In this document: positions 30,300 to 40,642 of the stretch, one piece after another
How positions within the stretch are numbered: the first letter of the stretch is position 1
Layout: each line of letters opens with the position of its first letter
Source of the DNA: Methanoregula sp.
GTDB taxonomy: Archaea > Halobacteriota > Methanomicrobia > Methanomicrobiales > Methanospirillaceae
Direction of reading: 5' to 3'
Assembly: GCA_023228295.1 (NCBI GenBank)
Contig: JALOBP010000003.1
Location: forward strand, 1,065 to 65,064
DNA: 64,000 bases
Position numbers and translations under genes: made by a program
Notes under the pieces: generated by a model
Database searches by the model: none
The model's input: only the letters and a program-made list of their open reading frames with translations
What the model was told of the DNA's origin: nothing

Positions 30300-30397
30300 C
30301 CAGCACTGATTTTTTTAAAGGGACGTGCAGGTTTTTATGGCCGGGTCCTGCAATTATCCCAAAACGAATGTGGATATAATGAGAAGGCCGTTTTTTT

Positions 30398-30742
30398 TTA
30401 GAACTCTTCTGCTATGCCGTACCCCCATTGATAGAGTGATGCAATCGGATCGCTTTTTGGGAAGATATTGCAGATCAGCCCTTTGCTCCGGAGATACCGT
30501 TCCGCATTCTGCGGGGACATGGGCAGGATTTTCTCCCGTGTCGATTTGGTTGTTGACCAGAGATGCAGATAATAAGTTGCGTTCTTTTCGCGGTCCATAT
30601 GGAGATAGAGATCCTTTCCTATATGCTGGATATCCGCAGTTTTTTTTTCAGGCCGCGGTGCCGCGTAGAGACACTCGTCATGCCGGGTGTCAACCGGGAT
30701 CTGCCGGCTTCCGTTATACAGTACAGTTTTCATAACGAACAA
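30398..30742 (-). CDS. Hypothetical protein
   Basis: 114-aa ORF with its own AT-rich promoter; no recognised motif. Confidence 0.65.
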   Translation of the reverse strand: MFVMKTVLYNGSRQIPVDTRHDECLYAAPRPEKKTADIQHIGKDLYLHMDREKNATYYLHLWSTTKSTREKILPMSPQNAERYLRSKGLICNIFPKSDPIASLYQWGYGIAEEF

Positions 30743-30877
30743 CTCCTGCCGTGCCCGAGGCCGGTTTCCCCACCGGCCCGGATCCGGCGTTTGAGTTTTT
30801 CTGGCGTTTACCTTGTCGAAGGTGCGGGTTGTGCCGGAATCCCAGCAGTACCCTGATTCATCTATAGGGGCTTTGCG

Positions 30878-30905
30878 TTATTATACTTTTTCATTTTTGT
30901 AGCAA
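30878..30905. promoter_or_regulatory. Putative NikR-type operator TTATTAT-N14-GTAGCAA
   Basis: Same spacing as the other sites; lies in a ~45-bp stretch that aligns with the cobN promoter region. Confidence 0.35.
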
Positions 30906-31123
30906 TTAATATGTAAATTTTTTTGAAATGTAATATTAAAAGAGGCTGGACCTGACGGTGATCACTACTCTCCCTCAGATAACCGTCAATTCATAGAGTT
31001 GCACAAGAAAAATCCAGTCCGGACAACACCCGACAGTGGCGACCGGGTCCGGAGTAAATCTCCGGTCACGCCGGGTAAAACAATTGGCAGGAAACAAGGA
31101 ATGAACTAAAAAGAGAAACGACC

Positions 31124-31546
31124 TCAATCCTCAATCGAGATAGTTGTCAGTTTTACTGATTCGACACCCTTGTGGGCCATCAGTTTCTCAGCAAGTTCCT
31201 TCAGCTGCGAACCGTCCCCATGGACAAGGATTACCTCCAGGCACCGCTCGTGCGTGACATGGGAGTGGAGTGAGGCCTTGATGATGTCGTGGTAGTCGTG
31301 CTCGATCTCCGTGATGGCCGAGAGGAGGTTGCGCTGCTCGTGGTCGTACACCATCGTGATGACGCCCTCGCGTTCGCCCTTGACATCGGACATCCACTTG
31401 TAGTACGTGATGTACGTGCGGATCGCATCGCGGATACCTTCCGAGCGTGACGAATAGCCACGGTAATTAAGGATTTCATCAAAGCGGTCGAGCAGGTTCT
31501 TTGGGAGTGAGATCCCGATCCGGGAGAGGTCGTCTTCCATAGGCAT
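31124..31546 (-). CDS. nikR: Nickel-responsive ribbon-helix-helix regulator NikR
   Basis: RIGISLP..SRSEGIRDAIR RHH domain; Ni ligands YDH, HSH and RCLEV conserved. Confidence 0.93.
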   Translation of the reverse strand: MPMEDDLSRIGISLPKNLLDRFDEILNYRGYSSRSEGIRDAIRTYITYYKWMSDVKGEREGVITMVYDHEQRNLLSAITEIEHDYHDIIKASLHSHVTHERCLEVILVHGDGSQLKELAEKLMAHKGVESVKLTTISIED

Positions 31547-31642
31547 GATTCACCAGTGATGAGAATATCGTAGCTTGTAGGTGTTAAAGTTTTTGAAAAA
31601 CAGAGAGATTGGGTTGTACTTGGTATGAATTATCGTTGTGGA

Positions 31643-32755
31643 TTACGGCCAGATCAACCCGGTCTTGTTCGTCCCTGCAACATATCGCTCATCGTAGTCA
31701 GTGAGCATCTGTCGGGGATGCAGGTCCCGGAACTCTGAAGGGTGCAGGAGCTGGGCCGTGTATACAAGGCCGATGTACGCTCTGGGCCCGTACACGATCT
31801 CATTTTTCATTGCATGCACATGGTCGTTCTTTACAGCAGGGATCATCTCCCAGCCGGGCCGGGTTTTGAGCGAACCGACCATCTCTTCAAGACTGATTGT
31901 GTTGGTGCTGGAAACAACTTTCAGGATATACTCAGGCTGTCTTGCAACAACCCATTCCGGGCTCACCTTGACAGATGATGATGAGACATCATCCGCAATG
32001 TTCTTCCCGCCGGCACCGGTAACCAGTTCATGTGCACCGGAGCCCGCCGCTGCAACGGTATAGTCCGTGTACATCTCAAAATAGACTTCCGGGTACGTGC
32101 CTGACGGGATTTTCTTTAAACGTCCTGTCACATCACTAATAGTATCCTCGACAAGCCTTGCATAGACCTCAGCCTCGTTCATCTTCCCGGTGAGCCGGCC
32201 CAGGGCCCGGGCATCGGAGGAGAGCGTGGAGAGCTTGAAGCAGTCCAGCGAGATGATGGTGATGTTGGCTGCTGTGATCTGGTCGAAGTTTTTGGGTTTC
32301 GAGCTTGAGTATGCGATCACGATATCCGGATTCAGGGCGAGCATCCGCTCGATGTTCGGGTTCTGCCAGTCTCCGATACTCACCGCGTTCGGTATTTTGT
32401 CCATGACATATGGAACACTCTTCGTGGACTCCGTAACACCGACAATCCGGTCACCAGCCCCCATTGCGATCAGGAGCTCAGCGGCATTGGCATTTGCAGC
32501 AATAATACGCTGCGGTTCACAGGGCAGGGACACGGTCATCCCATCCGTCTGGGTGATGGTTAACGGCTGGCATGAACTCGTTGCCGGGGCCGGTGTACCG
32601 GACGGGGCTTGTGTCCCGACGGGTATGATGGTTGCGGAAGGTGCAATGGCTGAAGTGACCGGTTGTTCTGCAGGCTTTTCAAGGACCAGGGCTGCTCCAA
32701 CTGCGACAATACCGCAGATGAGGAGGGCGATAAGAATCGATGTTACTTTTTCCAT
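31643..32755 (-). CDS. Substrate-binding protein of a BtuF/FepB-type (corrinoid/heme/siderophore) ABC importer
   Basis: N-terminal membrane anchor, P/T/A linker, PQRII..AAELLIAMGAGDRIVGV, PNIERMLALNPD, IPAVKNDHVH. Confidence 0.88.
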   Translation of the reverse strand: MEKVTSILIALLICGIVAVGAALVLEKPAEQPVTSAIAPSATIIPVGTQAPSGTPAPATSSCQPLTITQTDGMTVSLPCEPQRIIAANANAAELLIAMGAGDRIVGVTESTKSVPYVMDKIPNAVSIGDWQNPNIERMLALNPDIVIAYSSSKPKNFDQITAANITIISLDCFKLSTLSSDARALGRLTGKMNEAEVYARLVEDTISDVTGRLKKIPSGTYPEVYFEMYTDYTVAAAGSGAHELVTGAGGKNIADDVSSSSVKVSPEWVVARQPEYILKVVSSTNTISLEEMVGSLKTRPGWEMIPAVKNDHVHAMKNEIVYGPRAYIGLVYTAQLLHPSEFRDLHPRQMLTDYDERYVAGTNKTGLIWP

Positions 32756-32816
32756 GGTAAATCTCCGGAATCTGAACAATGGCCGGCCGTGCAGAAAAAT
32801 GACCGGGACAAGACCA

Positions 32817-33542
32817 TCAGATCGTCACCCGCCGGAATACGGACATGCAGATCCCCAGGATGACTGCTGATATGGTAACGAGGAGGATGACGGACAGTGA
32901 AGGTATTATACCGGCTCCGATCTCCCGCACGGCATCGATGGCAAAACTGAGTGGGTTGAGCCGGGCAAGCGTTGCAAGCCACGCAGGCATTACATCGTAA
33001 GGCATCAGGGCGCTTGAGGTGAAGAAGAGCGGCATCGAGATCATGGTGCTGAAGGCCGAGTAGGAATCGTGGTCGTCAAGGTACAGCGCAATGGTCGTGG
33101 CAAAAGCCGAGATGAGTACCCCGAACAGGAAGAGAACGAAGTACGTCAGGAGATACTGGAGCGGGCTCATCAGCGTTGCGCCAATCATGAGAGCGATGAC
33201 GAGGATGATGGTAGTCTGGATCAGGCCCCGGCCGGTGATGAAGAGGATCTTCCCCACAAGAATGCTGCTCCGCGGCGTAGGCAGGGCAAGGAATTTGTTC
33301 AAAAACCCGAGGATCTTGTCAAACATCAGAAGCGCTCCCCCGGACAAACCGGCCGAGAGCATGGTCATGACAAGAATTCCGGGCGTAATGAAGTCCAGAT
33401 AATTGCCCGTGAATTTTACCGGCAGCGCGAGCCCGACAAAGATCAGCCATGCTGCCGGCATGACCAGAGCCGAGACCACGGCAACACGGCCACGGTACCA
33501 TTTCAGGAAGTCACGTTTCATGTACGTAAAAATACCCTTCAT
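32817..33542 (-). CDS. ABC-2 exporter permease
   Basis: YLDFITPGILVM, FFTSSALMP, LNPLSFAID; six TM helices. Confidence 0.85.
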   Translation of the reverse strand: MKGIFTYMKRDFLKWYRGRVAVVSALVMPAAWLIFVGLALPVKFTGNYLDFITPGILVMTMLSAGLSGGALLMFDKILGFLNKFLALPTPRSSILVGKILFITGRGLIQTTIILVIALMIGATLMSPLQYLLTYFVLFLFGVLISAFATTIALYLDDHDSYSAFSTMISMPLFFTSSALMPYDVMPAWLATLARLNPLSFAIDAVREIGAGIIPSLSVILLVTISAVILGICMSVFRRVTI

Positions 33543-34501
33543 TTCCGCCTCCGCAGCATTATCCGGAACTTCGCGTCTTCAAACCCGTGAGGCTCCTCCT
33601 GCTGGCCGACCGCTTGTAGGAAGACATCATCGAGGGTGGGCTCACGCAGGAACATCGCCCTGATGGCTGCACCAGACCGTGCAAGCGTATCGGCAAGCAC
33701 CGGGAGCGCCTCGCTCCCATTCTCGGCAGTAAATGAGACCTCATCGCCGGTCCTTCCCACAAAGATGACGCCCTCAATATGTGGTGGGGTGCATTCCCCT
33801 TCAATCCTGACCGTGATGACATCCTTCATCAGCCTTGCCTTGAGTTCTGAGGGAGAGCCCAGAGCAGCTATCCTGCCCTTGCTGATGATCCCGACCCGGT
33901 CGCAGAACTGGTCGGCCTCATCCATGTAATGGGTAGTGACAAAGATGGTCATGCCCTTCTTCCGGAGGTTCCTGATGTGCTCCCAGATCTTTTTCCTTGC
34001 AGCAACATCGAGACCGATCGTGGGCTCATCAAGAAAGAGCACTGAGGGTTCGTGGACGAGGGCCTGTGCCAGCTCGAGCCGCCGGCGCATCCCGCCCGAG
34101 TAAGTTTTGATGAGGTCGTCAGCCCGGTCCGTCAGCTCCATAACCGCGAGTACCTCATCCACGCGGTCTTTGGCATTTTCAACGCCATACAGGTCGGCAA
34201 AGAAGCGGACATTTTCCCGGCCGGTCAGTTTAATGTCTACGGCCATATCCTGCGGCACGTAACTGATACAGCTCCTGACTTCCTCCGCATTACGGAGAAT
34301 GTCATTGCCGCATACCGTGGCACTTCCTTTGGTCGGGTGGAGGAGGGTCGTGAGCATAAGAACCGTGGTCGTCTTGCCCGACCCGTTGGGGCCAAGCAGG
34401 GCGAAGATCTCGTTATTGATCGAGAGCGTGAGGTCATCCACGGCACAGAGCGCGTCATAGTATTTGGTCAGGTTGCTCGTCTCAATTGCATTCATTGTCA
34501 T
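33539..34501 (-). CDS. ABC-2 exporter ATP-binding subunit (DrrA-like)
   Basis: GPNGSGKTT, YSGGMRRRLELA, LFLDEPTIGLD, PTLDDVFL. Confidence 0.9.
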   Translation of the reverse strand: MTMNAIETSNLTKYYDALCAVDDLTLSINNEIFALLGPNGSGKTTTVLMLTTLLHPTKGSATVCGNDILRNAEEVRSCISYVPQDMAVDIKLTGRENVRFFADLYGVENAKDRVDEVLAVMELTDRADDLIKTYSGGMRRRLELAQALVHEPSVLFLDEPTIGLDVAARKKIWEHIRNLRKKGMTIFVTTHYMDEADQFCDRVGIISKGRIAALGSPSELKARLMKDVITVRIEGECTPPHIEGVIFVGRTGDEVSFTAENGSEALPVLADTLARSGAAIRAMFLREPTLDDVFLQAVGQQEEPHGFEDAKFRIMLRRRK

Positions 34502-34523
34502 TTCGCCATCCCATTCCCGTGCA

Positions 34524-37500
34524 TCAGTGCCGGTGTTTCGCATGCACCTTTGCCATGAGGTCCTTCATAGAATCGTTCCAGCCGGGGATATCCTGTACCG
34601 TGACCACGTCCACTTCCCCTCCCTGGTATTCCCCGCCACTGATCTGGTCTTCCATCCATGATTCGATCTCGAGGTAGTTCCTTTTAAGTTCATCGAGTAC
34701 TTCCACATCCGCGTGCCAGAGCCCGCGTTGCTCGGCTTCAAGAAGACGTCGCGAGATCTCCTCGAGGGCATGGGGGTTGTTCTCTTCAAAGAACTGGCGC
34801 ATCTCATCATTGTTCACAAAAGTCTCAGCAATATCATCGAAAATCCAGTCATCCACTTCCTGCGTGGATGCTTCCCAGCCATAGACCCGGGTCACCCGCT
34901 TCATGATATCGGAAGCCCCCTTGTACCCGTGTTTCTTCATCCCATCGATCCATTTCGGGTTGAGCAGTTTTGTCCGGACCACGCGCCGTATCTCATCGGA
35001 GAGATCCCTGACCTCGATATGTTCGGGCTCGCGGGTATCACCATAATAGGGTCTGACCTCGCCCCCGGAATAGTGCCGTGCTGCTGCAGTCATTCCCCCG
35101 TGGGCACCAAAGTAACAGCAGCAGCCAAGGAGATCGTACTCGTCGGACTGGACCTTGTTGAACGTGACAGAGACTGTCGAGAGGTTCACTGCGAGCTGCT
35201 CATGGGCACCCTTTCCGGTAATATCCTTGCCATAGGCATACCCGTTCACGGCAACAAAGATGTCGGCAAGGTCCTTTTCATCTTTCCATGCACTCGCAAG
35301 TACGGCAAGGTTCACACCGCTCGAGTACGTGCCGGGCTGGGATGAAAAAATCCGCAACGTGGCATCACGAAGGGACATGCCGTCCTGTTCGATCGCAGAC
35401 AGAGTATGCTTGCGGACATAGTTCTGATCAACCGGCTCGTCAAGGGTCGCGACTGCTGTCACGGCCTCATCGAGCAGTTCGTAACAATTGGCAAAGTTGT
35501 CCCGCAGAATGCCGGAAGTCCGGACCGTGATATCGATCCTTGGCCGGCCAAGTTTTTCGAGCGGGATGATGGAAAACGATTTTACCTGCCCGTTGGGGAG
35601 CCAGACCGGCTCGACCCCCAGCATGGCAAACATCTCGGCAAGCATCTCACCGTCCGATGACATGATGTCGCCTGCCATCCAGTAGAACGCAATATTCCCG
35701 GGAAGTTTTCCCTCCTCTTCATTATATTTGGCAACCAGTGACTCGGCAAGGCGCTGGCCCACCCGCCAGGCTGCCCGGGTGGGGACCTGGTAAGGGTCAA
35801 GCGAGAAGAAGTTACGGCCTGTGGGCAGTACATCCTCGTGACCGCGGGTGATGAGACCAGAGGGACCTGCCGGAATGTACCCGCCATCGAACCCGTTAAA
35901 GAGCGATTCCATCTCCTTTGAGTCTTCGATCCGCTGGTTGATACCGGCAACCCGTTCCCGGATCGTGTCCAGCTCACGGGCCATTTCCATGGATATCGCA
36001 TGGGTGAAAACAGTATCAAACGATTTGTTGGGATCCTGGAGAACCGACCGGACGAACAAACGAAGGTTCGCGTCAATCTGTTCAAGGAGTGCGCCATACG
36101 AGGCCTGGTGCTTTTCGGAATACTTCTGCTGGTTTTGGAGCAGGTCCACAAGGTCGAGTCCCATAACCTGCGCGATGATCCGCCGGGCTGATCGTTCACC
36201 GGCATCATAGCGGATAATGGAGCTGATGAAATCCACCCGTTTATCTCCATCAGGGAGTTCGCCAAAGATATGCATCCCGGCCTGGATCTGGGTGTTCCGG
36301 ATTTTCGAGAGGGCTTCGTGCGCTTTTCCCACAACTTCAGCCAGCGGCATATCATGGGTGAGACGAAGTTCTTTATCGAGATTATTTGCAGTAATCGCAT
36401 CGATGATAAGGTGCTGGAGGGCATGGGCCCGGGCCGGGTCGATCTTCGCAGTCTCGTACTGGGTGAGCAGGTTCTCCAGTTCCTCAAGACCGTCGTACAG
36501 TCCGCTGCCGGTCATTACAGTCTGCATGTGGTCGACGAGCGTTGCATAACTTCTCCGCTTCGCAAGCGTGCCCTCGGGGGGGTTGTCCGCATTGTAGATG
36601 TAGAGATAGGGGACGATCCCCGCTGCAACATCCGGGAAGCAGTCCTGAGATAGACCGAGGCCCTTGCCCGACAGGAACTCCAGGCTCCCGTGAGTTCCGA
36701 CATGGACAACAACATCGGCACCGAAAATTTTCTGGATGTACTGGTAGGTTGCAAGGTACTGGTGGGGGGGCGGGCAATCAGGATCGTGGAGGATCTTGCA
36801 GACGCTCCCGTCACAACGGGCACCGTAACACCCGCGCTTGGGCTGGACATGCACGGTGGCATTGCCGTACGAGAGTCCGGTTATCAGGATCCGGTTCTCA
36901 TGCACCATCCCCATGCCAGGAGGTTCGCCCCAGGTATCATTGACGCGTTGCTGCACGGCCGGGGTAAACGACTGGAAGTGCGGGAGGTAGGTTCCCAGGT
37001 CCATACTGTGGAGCGCACCTCCATTTACCACGATATCCTCAACGGTTGTCCAGCGGAACTCCGAGATCGCTTTCTTCCCCATGATAGACTCAATCAATTC
37101 CTTTCCATTGGCCGGGGGATTGACCGCGTACCCTGCCTCTTTCATCCGGTGAAGGATCCGCGCAACGCTCTCCATAGAATCAAGATGTGATGCCGATCCC
37201 ACGTTTGCCTCGGCATTTGCGCAGGGATTATTATTGAAGATGAACGAGACACGGCGCTCGTGAACTGGTTTTTTAGCAAGCATTACCCACGCTTTCACGC
37301 GGGCTGCAACCTTATCGCACCGGTCCGGCACCGGTTCGCGGGGCTTCTCCCCGTCCGGGCTGCTGCTGCTAGCACCGATGAAGACCGGCTCGATGGCTCC
37401 CTCGAACTCGGGCATGGCAACCGCCCAGCCGGTATCCAGCGTGAGCCCCGTTGATTCGCGCCACTGGTCAATGGACTTGTACATCGAGATGACCGGGTGG

Positions 37501-38339
37501 AAGACCGGGATATTCAGCCGGGTCAGGAGTTCGACACCGCTCTCTGCTGCGGTCTTTCCCCGGTAATCGTCCCCCCGCGAGGTGCCAAGCAGGAACGGCA
37601 CCAGTTTGATCATGGCATCGATCCGCGGTTTTCCGTTTCTGACAAAATACTGGTCGATGACGTACATCATCCCCTTCGCGCCCATGTTTTCATCACGGAT
37701 TGCATACGTAAACGCGGGGATGACCCCCAGACCCTGCACTTCAAGGCTCCGGATCAGCGTATCCTCGATTGCGGTATTCGATGAGGCCCATGTTACGCGG
37801 GAGAAGATCAACCCCACAAGCGGCGATCCCTCCGGCATATGCGGCCTGTACCATGCAAGGTACTCATCGATGTCAGTGAAAGCCTCCGGAGCATCAGGGT
37901 GATAGAGCCCCTCCCACGGGAGATCGAGCGGAGGGGGAACTTCCCCGGCGATCCCGCCAAGGATCTCTTTTTCTATGAACCGGAGGAGGTTTTGGTAGTT
38001 CTCGTCCCCGCTGTTAACGATATAGGTCTGGCAGGTTGTAACAATTCGGGGAGCAACAGAGGAATAAACAAAGAATGACGGGTCGTAACCCAGGGAGATG
38101 ACCGGAACAATCTTGCCGATCTCTTTGATCTCCTTGTCGATCCGCTCCCAGAACATGTCTGAAGTGTGGTAGAGAATGACGACATCGGCAGCCCGCATTG
38201 ATGCAAGCGCCTCGTCAACCTTCTCCGGGGACTCATCCAGAACGCGATTGGGATAGATCGTGAGTTCAACACCGGTCGCTTCTGCAGCGCGTTTCAGGAT
38301 CGGGGAGTACGAGCCCCACATGATTGCGGTCAGTTTCAT
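34524..38339 (-). CDS. cobN: Class I chelatase large subunit, CobN/ChlH family
   Basis: 1271 aa; AMPEFEG, HDPDCPPPHQYLA, HVGTHGSLEF, LPTGRNF, RPRIDITVRTSG, RTKLLNPKWIDGMKKHGYKGA. Confidence 0.93.
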   Translation of the reverse strand: MKLTAIMWGSYSPILKRAAEATGVELTIYPNRVLDESPEKVDEALASMRAADVVILYHTSDMFWERIDKEIKEIGKIVPVISLGYDPSFFVYSSVAPRIVTTCQTYIVNSGDENYQNLLRFIEKEILGGIAGEVPPPLDLPWEGLYHPDAPEAFTDIDEYLAWYRPHMPEGSPLVGLIFSRVTWASSNTAIEDTLIRSLEVQGLGVIPAFTYAIRDENMGAKGMMYVIDQYFVRNGKPRIDAMIKLVPFLLGTSRGDDYRGKTAAESGVELLTRLNIPVFHPVISMYKSIDQWRESTGLTLDTGWAVAMPEFEGAIEPVFIGASSSSPDGEKPREPVPDRCDKVAARVKAWVMLAKKPVHERRVSFIFNNNPCANAEANVGSASHLDSMESVARILHRMKEAGYAVNPPANGKELIESIMGKKAISEFRWTTVEDIVVNGGALHSMDLGTYLPHFQSFTPAVQQRVNDTWGEPPGMGMVHENRILITGLSYGNATVHVQPKRGCYGARCDGSVCKILHDPDCPPPHQYLATYQYIQKIFGADVVVHVGTHGSLEFLSGKGLGLSQDCFPDVAAGIVPYLYIYNADNPPEGTLAKRRSYATLVDHMQTVMTGSGLYDGLEELENLLTQYETAKIDPARAHALQHLIIDAITANNLDKELRLTHDMPLAEVVGKAHEALSKIRNTQIQAGMHIFGELPDGDKRVDFISSIIRYDAGERSARRIIAQVMGLDLVDLLQNQQKYSEKHQASYGALLEQIDANLRLFVRSVLQDPNKSFDTVFTHAISMEMARELDTIRERVAGINQRIEDSKEMESLFNGFDGGYIPAGPSGLITRGHEDVLPTGRNFFSLDPYQVPTRAAWRVGQRLAESLVAKYNEEEGKLPGNIAFYWMAGDIMSSDGEMLAEMFAMLGVEPVWLPNGQVKSFSIIPLEKLGRPRIDITVRTSGILRDNFANCYELLDEAVTAVATLDEPVDQNYVRKHTLSAIEQDGMSLRDATLRIFSSQPGTYSSGVNLAVLASAWKDEKDLADIFVAVNGYAYGKDITGKGAHEQLAVNLSTVSVTFNKVQSDEYDLLGCCCYFGAHGGMTAAARHYSGGEVRPYYGDTREPEHIEVRDLSDEIRRVVRTKLLNPKWIDGMKKHGYKGASDIMKRVTRVYGWEASTQEVDDWIFDDIAETFVNNDEMRQFFEENNPHALEEISRRLLEAEQRGLWHADVEVLDELKRNYLEIESWMEDQISGGEYQGGEVDVVTVQDIPGWNDSMKDLMAKVHAKHRH

Positions 38340-38469
38340 GGTTCTTTGGTCCTGGCCTTTTTACCGGTGCAGAACCCGCGGGTTACGGATTTCATCTCAG
38401 TTTTTTTACCAAAATCTTCCGGTCTGAGATAGACACCGTGAATGCCTGAGTTGAAGTTGCTCGCAGGAA

Positions 38470-38497
38470 TTAATAAAACAGTTAGTTTTTGTATTAC
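38470..38497. promoter_or_regulatory. Putative NikR-type operator TTAATAA-N14-GTATTAC (extra GTATTAC at 38521-38527)
   Basis: In the divergent cobN / permease intergenic region. Confidence 0.5.
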
Positions 38498-38673
38498 TAA
38501 ATTTGTAAATTTTTTGAATCGTATTACAAAATATTCACATAGTTCTTATTTGCAATATTTGTTATCACATAAATTTTCAGATTGAATAATCATCGCAGGT
38601 GCCGGATCGTCCGGCCCTGTGAATTTCCCGAAAGGGACCGGACACACCCGAACATCACGACAGTACCCGAACC

Positions 38674-39810
38674 ATGACAGCAAAGATCCCCAAAAAAGCC
38701 CGCAGTGTCCATCACTTATATTGCGAGGGGACCCGGAAACGTTTCACGCTCATCATCACCCTTACGGCCCTGCTCGTTATCTCGGCTGTGATTTCTGCCG
38801 GAATCGGTACGGTGTCCATTACACCGGCCGATACGCTCTTTGCAATCGGGCAGGGATCTCAGCAGATCATGGATTCGGCCCTACCCTCACTTCAGGGTAC
38901 CATCATCCTGCCGGTACCGGGTAATCCCCAGGCCGGCATTATTGTCAACAATTTCCGGCTCCCCCGGATCATTATTGCAATCCTTACGGGCATGAGTCTC
39001 GCAGTAGCCGGAACCGTGATGCAGGGGCTCCTGCGCAACCCGCTCGTGAGCCCGTTCACACTGGGTATGTCATCTGCAGCTGCATTTGGTGCAGCCCTCG
39101 CGATTGTCATCGGGCCCGGTATCGCGGCTACACTATTTTTCCTCTCCTATGAATCGTGGATAGTCCTCTTTGCGTTCCTCTCGGGCTGGCTCTCGATGCT
39201 GCTCATCTACGGTATCGCCCGTTCGCGGGGTACCAATCAGGCAACGCTCATCCTTGCCGGTGTGGTGATCGGGTACCTCTTCCAGGCAGGCGTACTTGCC
39301 CTGAAATACTTGTCGAATAACGACAAACTCCGGGAACTGACCACGTGGCTGATGGGCGGCATGTGGGGGGCGAGCTGGGATGCCGTCATCCTCCTCATCC
39401 CCTGCTGCATCGTCTGCTTTCTCATCCTCGAATCGATGTCGTGGGACATGAACACCCTGGCAGCCGGGGACGATGTGGCAAAGAGCATGGGAATCAACGT
39501 TGAAAGAACACGACTCTTCGGACTTATGGTTGCAACCTTTGTCGCATCCTGCTGCCTTGCCTTTACCGGGATAATCGGATTTATCGGCCTCATGTCACCC
39601 CATATATGCCGGATGCTCATCGGAAACGACCACCGTTACCTCATCCCGGCATCTGCATTGCTCGGCGCCCTGATCCTGCTGGTTTCGGATACAGCAGCCC
39701 GGACAATCCTAAGCCCGGTCGAGATCCCGGTCGGCATCGTAATGTACATCATCGGGGGCCTCTTCTTCCTGTACCTTCTCCTTCGGAGCAAAGGGCGGGG
39801 GCTGTATTAA
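38674..39810 (+). CDS. FecCD/BtuC-type ABC importer permease
   Basis: NFRLPRII.AIL.G.SLA.AG..MQGLLRNPL, IGFIGLMSPH, EIPVGIV. Confidence 0.92.
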   Translation: MTAKIPKKARSVHHLYCEGTRKRFTLIITLTALLVISAVISAGIGTVSITPADTLFAIGQGSQQIMDSALPSLQGTIILPVPGNPQAGIIVNNFRLPRIIIAILTGMSLAVAGTVMQGLLRNPLVSPFTLGMSSAAAFGAALAIVIGPGIAATLFFLSYESWIVLFAFLSGWLSMLLIYGIARSRGTNQATLILAGVVIGYLFQAGVLALKYLSNNDKLRELTTWLMGGMWGASWDAVILLIPCCIVCFLILESMSWDMNTLAAGDDVAKSMGINVERTRLFGLMVATFVASCCLAFTGIIGFIGLMSPHICRMLIGNDHRYLIPASALLGALILLVSDTAARTILSPVEIPVGIVMYIIGGLFFLYLLLRSKGRGLY

Positions 39811-39821
39811 CGGAGGATAGT

Positions 39822-40598
39822 ATGGAGATCATAGTAAGCCAGCTCACAAAACCGTACGGGGATATTCCGGCTGTTACCGGTGTTTCATTCGAAGTCCACC
39901 CGCAGGAAGTCGTAGCCCTTGTCGGGCCCAATGGTTCAGGAAAGTCCACCCTGATCAAGACAATGGCCACCATCTTCAGCCCAACATCCGGGACGGTCAC
40001 GTTCGATGGCGAAGACATATTCACCGCTGACCCGGCGGACCTTGCAACAAGGGTCGGGTATGTCCCCCAGCATTTCACCTATACCCTCTACACTTCTGTC
40101 TTTGAGACGATTCTTCTCGGGCGGCGCCGGCATATCAAGTGGTCAGTCTCGGCAGAAGAACTGACCAGGGTGCAGGACGCGCTCGACACTTTGGAGATCG
40201 GCCACCTTGCAGCCAAGAACATGGACCAGCTTTCCGGAGGGGAACGCCAGAAAGTTTTCATTGCCCGGGCCCTTGCGCAGGACCCGGCCCTGTACCTGTT
40301 CGATGAACCCACGAGCGCACTCGACATCCGGCACCAGATCGATGTGATGGAGATAATGCGGGAAGTGACCCGTTCGCACGATGCAGCGATGATCATCGCG
40401 GTTCACGACCTCAACCTTGCCTACCGGTATGCAGATGTTGTCGTGATGCTCGATCATGGGACACGGGTCGGGTACGGGAAGCCCGCGAATGTCCTGGCGC
40501 CGTCGTTGATCGAACAGGTGTACGGGGTGACTGCCTGTATGGTGGAGAACGAGTACGGCCAGTTTCTCCTCCCGGTCAGGAAGCACGAACCTGTCTGA
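39822..40598 (+). CDS. FecE/BtuD-type ABC importer ATPase
   Basis: GPNGSGKST, LSGGERQK, LFDEPTSALDIRHQ, VHDLNLA. Confidence 0.92.
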   Translation: MEIIVSQLTKPYGDIPAVTGVSFEVHPQEVVALVGPNGSGKSTLIKTMATIFSPTSGTVTFDGEDIFTADPADLATRVGYVPQHFTYTLYTSVFETILLGRRRHIKWSVSAEELTRVQDALDTLEIGHLAAKNMDQLSGGERQKVFIARALAQDPALYLFDEPTSALDIRHQIDVMEIMREVTRSHDAAMIIAVHDLNLAYRYADVVVMLDHGTRVGYGKPANVLAPSLIEQVYGVTACMVENEYGQFLLPVRKHEPV

Positions 40599-40642
40599 GA
40601 GGATCACCGTGGGGGATAAAAACAAAAAACCTATATCCGGTA

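Noticed and set aside
38340-38670. Possible cobalamin riboswitch upstream of cobN or the permease
   Set aside because: No B12-element core (GGGAA..CGGTG.AA.TCCG..GC.G.CCCCGC.ACTGT) seen on either strand; protein operators fit better
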